This document shows, in pieces, positions 10,662 to 18,400 of a DNA stretch of 64,000 nt. The translations under genes were made by a program, and so were the position numbers. Source of the stretch: a virus (Duplodnaviria > Caudoviricetes); the IMG/VR virus record IMGVR_UViG_3300045594_000116, positions 96,001 through 160,000 of that record; one strand, given 5' to 3'. Every line of letters begins with the position of its first letter. Position 1 is the stretch's first letter. A model generated the notes under the pieces. The model made no database searches and was not told the origin of the DNA. It was given only the letters and a program-made list of their open reading frames with translations.

Positions 10662-11087
10662 TTACATTGGGCATTTGCTACAATGGTAGCATCTCTCTAA
10701 CTTACTGTGATGCTCAGGCTGAGCTAAGTCATAAAGATTATCAAGGCACTCTTGGCATAACCCGCTGAATATCCAGTTAGTAGGTGACTCTATAAGTTTA
10801 CCACAAGCTTTACATGCAACTGGCAATACTTCTGCCTTTTGCATACGTTTGATACACGATTGGCAGAAATGAGCTTTCATCTCTTTAGGGTCAATGCAAT
10901 CTACTTCACCGCAGATGATGCATTTAAAGAAATGAAGTTTTGCGGTTTGAGGCATACCATCATACTTGCAATTTTCAAAGATACACCTACCTGCAATATC
11001 TTTATGCTTACAATCTGCTGTTGGATGCTTACACATCTCAAACTGGGGATACGGAGCAGCCCCAGTGTCTCCCTCCATCTTAGCCAT
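10662..11087 (-). CDS. Cys-rich multi-zinc-finger protein
   Basis: CIIC, CQSC, CKAC, CQEC and CYHC pairs plus further Cys residues in 141 aa. Confidence 0.65.
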   Translation of the reverse strand: MAKMEGDTGAAPYPQFEMCKHPTADCKHKDIAGRCIFENCKYDGMPQTAKLHFFKCIICGEVDCIDPKEMKAHFCQSCIKRMQKAEVLPVACKACGKLIESPTNWIFSGLCQECLDNLYDLAQPEHHSKLERCYHCSKCPM

Positions 11088-11090
11088 AGC

Positions 11091-11477
11091 TTACACCAGC
11101 TCTTTCGGATCATAGAATTTTGTGTCACTTGGAACTTCTTTGATCTTCTTTACCTTCTTGGGTCCAATTACATGAGACAATGCACTCATGAAATCATCAC
11201 GCTTCTGTAATGACTCAATGCACTGCTCTGTATCTCCATACCCATTGTCGATCAAAGATTTGGTAAGATTATGCGGGCCATCATCAGTGAGGAACGTTAC
11301 TCCCTTAGATGCTTTCTCGCTATCTACATCCACAAACCATTTACGAATCTCGAGCTTTTCTTTACCGCTACCCCATGCGAGTTTACGCATCATGATAACA
11401 GCATTACCACGCTCATCTACAACTTCATCAATATCTCCTACTGTGTAGCTGTAGTCTTTCTCTGCACCATAAGCCAT
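11091..11477 (-). CDS. PC4/YdbC-like ssDNA-binding protein
   Basis: KLAWGSGKEKLEIRKW...KASKGVTF matches the YdbC/PC4 pattern; RBS AGGAGG. Confidence 0.7.
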   Translation of the reverse strand: MAYGAEKDYSYTVGDIDEVVDERGNAVIMMRKLAWGSGKEKLEIRKWFVDVDSEKASKGVTFLTDDGPHNLTKSLIDNGYGDTEQCIESLQKRDDFMSALSHVIGPKKVKKIKEVPSDTKFYDPKELV

Positions 11478-11561
11478 TATAGTTTCCTCCTAAATTTAAA
11501 AAATAAATAAGGAGTAGCGTTATCCGCTACTCCCATATTTACTTCTCTTCTACTCTTAACG

Positions 11562-12371
11562 TTAACGACGAACGTTGCTGAAGCCCATGCTATTGCTAAC
11601 CGGAGCTCCGATGATCGTTGCATTCGCCTTGATCGAAGATTCTTCGTCGATCTGGATGATCTCGAAGGCGTAGTTATTTGCATAACCAGCCTGAACCTGA
11701 CCCTGCTGCATCTGCAGTTCCGGAACCATGCCCAGAGCACGCTGAACAGTGATCATGTAAGATACATGATTGCCCTCCTCCGTCTTGCTTCCATAGAAGC
11801 GATTGACGAAGTTAACAATGTCCACATTCACCTTGAATGCGATCTGCGGGCTCGGGTTACCGAATACAGTGCCTAGGCAGATTTCCTGAGAAGCAGCACC
11901 CCAATTGATCTTCGGGATGTTACGCTCATGATCAAAGCCATTGCGGAAGTTCGGACCCACGAACGGAGTCAGAGCCTCTTTAGCTTCCTGCGTCAGGCGA
12001 TAGCGCGTGGACGTAGTTTTTGCACCATTCCAACGTGCGATCTTCGCCATCATATCGCCACCCTTGTTCGGAGCGATTGTCGACTCGAGCGCAACGAGTT
12101 TCTTCGTTTTCTCAGCTGCATACGTGTCCAGCGGCGTGAATGCAATTTCTGCAACGATTACGCCGTTGTTGTTTACGTTGATGCGGGAACCCATGTAATC
12201 CGCAAACGTAGAACCAAATACCTCATCGATCATGTCGGTGAGCTGTTTGGTGTTGATCAACGAAACTGCGTGAGTCATTTCAAACTTACGCGGCTGAATG
12301 TTGATCGTGCATACCCCCGTGTTTTTCTCCTCGTTGTTGACCTTCTGATTGTTGTTTTTCTGATTCATCAT
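11562..12371 (-). CDS. Hypothetical early protein with highly-expressed-type codon usage
   Basis: RBS AAAGGAGG; early promoter 12468-12476; hairpin 11511-11533 downstream. Confidence 0.7.
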   Translation of the reverse strand: MMNQKNNNQKVNNEEKNTGVCTINIQPRKFEMTHAVSLINTKQLTDMIDEVFGSTFADYMGSRINVNNNGVIVAEIAFTPLDTYAAEKTKKLVALESTIAPNKGGDMMAKIARWNGAKTTSTRYRLTQEAKEALTPFVGPNFRNGFDHERNIPKINWGAASQEICLGTVFGNPSPQIAFKVNVDIVNFVNRFYGSKTEEGNHVSYMITVQRALGMVPELQMQQGQVQAGYANNYAFEIIQIDEESSIKANATIIGAPVSNSMGFSNVRR

Positions 12372-12467
12372 TAGTGAATCCTCCTTTAATTTATTCTATA
12401 AAAGCCAATCCCTAGTTCTCTCCTGGGGAGCTAGGTAACTGCTATCATAGCTATGTTTATCATATCT

Positions 12468-12476
12468 ATAATATAT
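12468..12476 (-). promoter_or_regulatory. Early (vRNAP-type) promoter ATATATTAT
   Basis: Recurrent motif upstream of non-structural genes; resembles AR9/phiKZ early promoters. Confidence 0.7.
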
Positions 12477-12493
12477 GATCATTTAACCGTTTA

Positions 12494-13393
12494 TTAACGG
12501 TTAAATTTAGCGATCTCCTCGTCACTCAAATGTTGAGGCTTTATAAATTCACCTTTCTGATACTGTACAACGTAAACGCTGCCACTATCATCTCTGATGA
12601 GCATAAAGTCTGTAATGATTTTGGAGAAGTCTAAATCATACCAATATGGGATAATTTCTACTTCAAGCATGTAGTGAGAAATCTTATCCTGAAGGAAATA
12701 TAACTGAGTAAGGGAAAGACCTTCTCTTCCAATATCATCAGTCATTACCAAACCAGGCATCGAAGTGATCTCAAACATACTATCGAACATATCCCAGAAT
12801 GAATGTCTCTCAAACAGTTCCTTAAGGGAACTGCAGAAATCATCATTCTTTTTAAACTTTTGTTTCGTATCCAGTAAAATCTTATTGGCTGCAGCCTCAG
12901 CACTGGATGCGATATCGAGAATACTATCAATTGTATCATCGCGATAAATAGAAATATTATAAGACTTGATAAGTTTATCAAAGCCTTTAGCATCATCGTA
13001 GCTTACATAACTCGGACAATTATCTCTTGAAAGAGCTACACCGAATCTTTTAATACCAGAAAAGCTCTGGTAATATGGATTGACGATATTCTGTCGGCAC
13101 ATCGCATAATCTGTATTCTCCGATGCCCTGCCGATCATAGCAACTACATCTTTTAATGCATTATGTTTTCCGACCTGCACGATGGCGATAATGAATACGC
13201 CATGTGGGTTAAGAGGACGATATTCTTTGATTTCTTCTACTGAGTATTCACGACGCGTATCAGGTTCGCCGTCCATTTGTGCAATCATTACTTTATCTGA
13301 TTTACGACGAATAACTCGGATTACTTCGACTTCATTGTCGTTAATGGCTTTATAAAGTTTAAGCCCGTTATAGTTTGCTTGTCTTTTTGGCAT
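12494..13393 (-). CDS. Hypothetical early protein
   Basis: RBS AAAGGAG; early promoter 13464-13473. Confidence 0.65.
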   Translation of the reverse strand: MPKRQANYNGLKLYKAINDNEVEVIRVIRRKSDKVMIAQMDGEPDTRREYSVEEIKEYRPLNPHGVFIIAIVQVGKHNALKDVVAMIGRASENTDYAMCRQNIVNPYYQSFSGIKRFGVALSRDNCPSYVSYDDAKGFDKLIKSYNISIYRDDTIDSILDIASSAEAAANKILLDTKQKFKKNDDFCSSLKELFERHSFWDMFDSMFEITSMPGLVMTDDIGREGLSLTQLYFLQDKISHYMLEVEIIPYWYDLDFSKIITDFMLIRDDSGSVYVVQYQKGEFIKPQHLSDEEIAKFNR

Positions 13394-13528
13394 TGCTCAT
13401 ATCTCCTTTTTAGTTGTAAAAATTATTAAGTAGTATAGCATAGAATAATTTATTACCAATATTATAATATATAAGTAAAGGAGTTTATTCCTTGCTCCTT
13501 TACATTTTATACTTCTATAGTATCATAC

Positions 13529-13575
13529 ACACAGATATTCCCTCTACCCCATATAGGTAGAGGGATATTCTGTGT
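13529..13575. terminator. Extended hairpin of the CCCTCTACC/GGTAGAGGG family
   Basis: ACACAGA..TCCCTCTACC-ccatata-GGTAGAGGGA..TCTGTGT; same core at 23663-23687 and 54745-54771. Confidence 0.65.
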
Positions 13576-13579
13576 TTTA

Positions 13580-15433
13580 TTACTTGATTCCGATTATTCT
13601 TTTAAAAAGATCGATAGTGTAAAGTAACGTACTTCTACGAATCTTTACTCTATCATCAGAGAATGGACTATCCTGATATTCCTTAAGCATATCAAAGTTT
13701 CTATCATATTTCTGTACGATAGCCATATACTTTGTAATATCATTGATAATCTTTGCCCTAGCTTTATGATAATCCTGTATCTTCTTTTTACTACGTTCCT
13801 GATGGATTTTCTCCTCAAGAATCGTATTCAGATACCAAAGTTTGCAAAGGCAATATTTCATTCCTTCTACGTTCTTTGCTTTCTCATATTGTTTAAGAGC
13901 AAGATGTGTTGTAGAATACTCAGCTTCAAAGTCTACATCGAGACCCTTATCTATAAGAAGGTTTCCATCATCATCAAACTGAATAGGCCATTCTTTTGCT
14001 TCCATAATGCATGAGAATGAATCTATCAATGTATTCTCTGTTTTAGGAGCATTAGACTTGGAAAGCGAATCGATATAGCTCAATACCTTTGCCGCCGAAT
14101 ACTTCTTAGGTGATCCATAGAATACCTTATAGATGAATGCCGAATACTTCTTTTTCTTTACTGCTCTATTCAAACTTCCAGGAGATACCATATTAGAACC
14201 AATCTTAGTGATATCTACATCTGCAAGCTTGAGCATGCTATCCACAAACTGAGAGCATACCATCTTTACGTTATCAACGTAATTGATATTGAGCGGTATA
14301 GTAATCAGATTGATAAGAGAGTAGTCAGCATGTGATTCTTTCAGCTTTTCTATCTTCTGCTTAAGCTTATTGTATCTTTCCTTAGATACAAATACTGCAT
14401 ATACTTGAATAGCTTTATCAGATGTGCGTTCTTTCAACGATTGTGCCTGAAACCCACCAGGGAAAGAGAAACTATACAAAGTTTTCATAGATGCATCAAA
14501 TGATAATGCTGAATGTGAGTATACTGACTTAGTAGCTATTCTAGTCAATTTATTGAAAAATGTCTCAGAATTGAAGAAAACTACGTATAGTGGGTACACA
14601 TCAAGGGAAGTCTCTGTAAACGCGTTTTTCGCATTTTTGACACTCTCAGATACATCCAAAATGGTGTAATTAGAAACTGATTCTGAGATGATCTTGCTAA
14701 CTCTTTTGCTGGCAAAGCGTTTAGTAGATTCATTATATTGTATTTCTGGATTCCATCCTAGATCAAGTATAGATTGCTTAACAGCATCTACATCTTTCTT
14801 ATCAGAAGTCTTAGAAAGTTTCATATACAGTTTCTTTAAAGTATTATCCCAATCGGTGTATCTGGACATGGTAGATCCAAATCCATTCAGCCTATTGCAA
14901 TAATGCTTATACCATTCCGCTGCATCCAAGTCAGTTTTGAATGCCTCTTTAGAGTACATAGGATTTTCACTCAAGTATGACACTCCAAGGTGCTCCATTT
15001 CGTTAGATGTGAAGTAAGGAGTGCCGAGAAATCTTACAGAATTATCGGCATCGACCCTATCAACTATATCTTCTGTAGCACATTCAGAAAGATACTTACT
15101 ACGAATATCAATAGGTTTCATAAGAGCTGCCGACTCAAGAGCCGGGCTGTATCTCTTATCAAACAAACTATCATTGATATCGTTCTTTAAGAATTCATGC
15201 GCCATTTTCTCATAGCGAGTTCTGTTATCAAAGTTAAATAACTCTATCGATTTCCAGTCAGATTCATGCTGAAAATCTATAGGCATTTCTTGATATGAAT
15301 TGAAGTCCTGCTTAAGCGATTTAAAATCTGGATACTTACTATACAGAAGAATCTTATTGTTACCAATACGCCATTTCTTAACTTCTCTATCGCCAAGCTC
15401 TACATGCTTGATTTCTTCATCAATGTTTAACAT
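13580..15433 (-). CDS. Virion-associated protein with an inserted permuted papain-like (YiiX/YebB-type NlpC/P60) domain
   Basis: His before Cys: YSHSALSFD...MVCSQFVDSML. ATG at 15433 overlaps the end of the upstream polyprotein. Several hydrophobic-x-E-S/A/T sites. Confidence 0.65.
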   Translation of the reverse strand: MLNIDEEIKHVELGDREVKKWRIGNNKILLYSKYPDFKSLKQDFNSYQEMPIDFQHESDWKSIELFNFDNRTRYEKMAHEFLKNDINDSLFDKRYSPALESAALMKPIDIRSKYLSECATEDIVDRVDADNSVRFLGTPYFTSNEMEHLGVSYLSENPMYSKEAFKTDLDAAEWYKHYCNRLNGFGSTMSRYTDWDNTLKKLYMKLSKTSDKKDVDAVKQSILDLGWNPEIQYNESTKRFASKRVSKIISESVSNYTILDVSESVKNAKNAFTETSLDVYPLYVVFFNSETFFNKLTRIATKSVYSHSALSFDASMKTLYSFSFPGGFQAQSLKERTSDKAIQVYAVFVSKERYNKLKQKIEKLKESHADYSLINLITIPLNINYVDNVKMVCSQFVDSMLKLADVDITKIGSNMVSPGSLNRAVKKKKYSAFIYKVFYGSPKKYSAAKVLSYIDSLSKSNAPKTENTLIDSFSCIMEAKEWPIQFDDDGNLLIDKGLDVDFEAEYSTTHLALKQYEKAKNVEGMKYCLCKLWYLNTILEEKIHQERSKKKIQDYHKARAKIINDITKYMAIVQKYDRNFDMLKEYQDSPFSDDRVKIRRSTLLYTIDLFKRIIGIK

Positions 15434-18400
15434 TTTTCTTAGCCACCACCTTAGCTGGAATATCTTTGATCCTCTGGTAATATGCTGTACGCATTCCAGT
15501 CTTTGCGTTCTTAGCATAGACACCATACTGATTCTCCATCACTACGACATCTTTCAATCCTTCAGTGATAGCATCTGCTTCTTTAATCATATGAGGATTA
15601 GTAAGAGGGAATTCATGATCTTTCTTACCCTTAATAGACTTAAGCTGCTCAGCTACAGTCTGTAGATATGAGGTAGCTTCAGATCCAATATCAATTGGAG
15701 ATACCTCTGTACATGATTCATCACAAAGAATCTGATCATCTGATAACAGCTTCTTTCCAGTAAGGGCTTCATATATGAATCCTCTAGGTTGAACAGTTCC
15801 TATAGCATTTTCGATAATACGTAATCCTTCTGGATCAGATCTGAATTGGAATACACGAAGCTTTCTTCCTTTTAAGAACTCCTCCGTATTCTCTTTCTTC
15901 ACCATACCAGATTTGTCTTGCGTAAGAATATTCTTAGTCAGGATATCATTGGAGACTGCATATCCTTCTACATTCATATCCATGATTCCAGTACCAGTAT
16001 CACGATGTACTGGTCCGTACTGGGTTACATATGATAAGTCAGGTGCAGGTGTCATCCCACCAGGGCCTGCAAACTCATTCAAGTCCATATCTGCTCCTTC
16101 CCGAATAGCATCCCGATGATTGAAGTAGAAGTCAATTGCCTCTTCATGCTCCGCTCTCCAATCAATGGTATCTACTCCAACATATTTTGCTTTCTGATAG
16201 AAATCGTCTTTGTCGACGTCCTCTATATGACCAGTAAACTTCTTAGCGTATTCTGCTACGAATATGAATGTAAGACTGCCTTCGTATTTCAATCCCAGTG
16301 GCCAAAGTTTCTTCTTTTGCCATTCAGGATATTTTCCTTCATAATTCTGGAAGTAAGTCATTCCAGTATATGATCTATTCTTAGTTACGACTAAGGCCTC
16401 TTCATTGCATTCAGCCTCAGCTTGCTCATCTAATGCTCTGCCTTTATCTAATCCACCACCAGGAAGTTTATAGTTGGTTCCATACTTGTTAAGATTCTTA
16501 GGATCTTGCATTTCTACAAGTACATCCCCATGCTTATCGAATATAAGAGTTTCTACTCTTACACGATACTGCTTGTTGTCATACATGATATAAGGATTAT
16601 CTATACCTTCAGCAGACTTAATATATTTGATATCTTTCGGCTTAGGAATAGGAACTAAATTTGCTTCCATTGCGATAGAATCTCTGTAGGTATTCATAGG
16701 TGGAACAGGCATAGGAATAAGTTCCATCCACTCTGTATCCATATTATATGCAACTAAGAATATCTTCTCTATCTCATCCTCTCCAAAGAGAATCAGATAA
16801 GATAACCAAAGATCTTTAGCCATCTGAATATGCATAATACCAGAGTAGGTAAAGAGTTTATCTCTCATAGTATCTACTAACCCATTACCGGTAGCCATAG
16901 ATTGAATATAGTTACAAAGCTGATTAGCATTGTATCTCTTATCTGCATCAGTATCTTTAGGATTGAAGATGATAAGGAACTCATATTCCTTTCCAGCTTT
17001 TTCATAGAAAGAAGCAGTAGCCTTGCCGATGATACTAAAGAATTTCTCGCTAGGATCGAACCATTCTTTGAATCTATCCTTTCCAGCACATGCCAGATTA
17101 GCAAGAAGAATCTCAGCCCCTTCAGACTTTGGAGAGATAAAGTAGTTTATACGTTCTTTATGTTCTACTCCTACAGATTCTATCAATGATTCATAGTTAG
17201 GATCTGTGCTATGATATTCTCCTTCATAAGTAGATACTGATTCCTGCATACCAACGTTATCTATAACGATGGTTCCAGTGTCATATATGTGATTCATATA
17301 TTTAACGGTTGTAAGACCAAATTTTCTAGATGGTTTATACTTCATAAGAAGATTTGGCATCTTTTCTTCATTAAGTTTACTTACGTATACAGCTATCATA
17401 TCTTGCTCATTGTCAAAACAATGAACTCCTTTAAAGCTATACCATGAAGATTCTACCACGTAAACTTTATTACCTTTCATACATGCTACCCATGTATGTG
17501 TAGGATTAACTCCATCATCACTATTGAATTGATGATAGTATAATGAATATTTACCATTGCTTAAATCTGCAGTGGTATTTTTATATCCCATTTTCTCTAG
17601 ATACTTAGCTTCATAGTCTGCATAATCCCAGCATATACCATATCCAAGCTTTTCAAATTCAGCCGGAGACTTAGTTTTATAATCTTTAAAGTAGTCATCC
17701 CTCTCTTCATAAGAGAAGTTTGCCTCTAAATTATTATATAACCTTACCAATTCCTTAGGACCTTTGGCAGGTTTTGCGTTTTCTAATACCATATTATTAT
17801 CACCTCTATAATTATAATATATAGGTGAAAGGTTAGTTGACTCTCCTTCATAAGTAGATACCGAGTCATCGAGTTCTCCAGATTCCATCATAGAATCATT
17901 CGTCCTATTAAACCAATCTGATGCAGCATATATCAACTTAGCTTTTATAGACTTTGGAAGGTGCGTTAGCTTTTCCTTCAAGTTGTCGTACATATCGTTA
18001 TGCATCTCAGGATTTGGAGAATCGTATTTGCAAATAAGAGATGGCATATACTTAGATTTGAACATCATATCATCTCTAAATATCTTTTTATCTCCATAGA
18101 ATTTATCATAGATTGGATACTCCTTGGTATCCTGGATAGCTGCAAAATATTTAATATCACATAAATCATTGTCGCTAGCTTTTCCTATGATATTCTTTAC
18201 ACTCATAACATGCTTCTTCATCATCTTAAGTTGTTCATTTCTTACATCTTCAGGCTTAGAGTATGGGCCCTTCATTCCATAAGAACGTTTCCCTTGATAA
18301 TTAAAAACATAGTACAATCCATCTTTTTCTTTATAGATGCACATAAAGTGCTGGAACATATGATACTCTTTATCTCCATACTTACGGAAGTATTTGGAAG

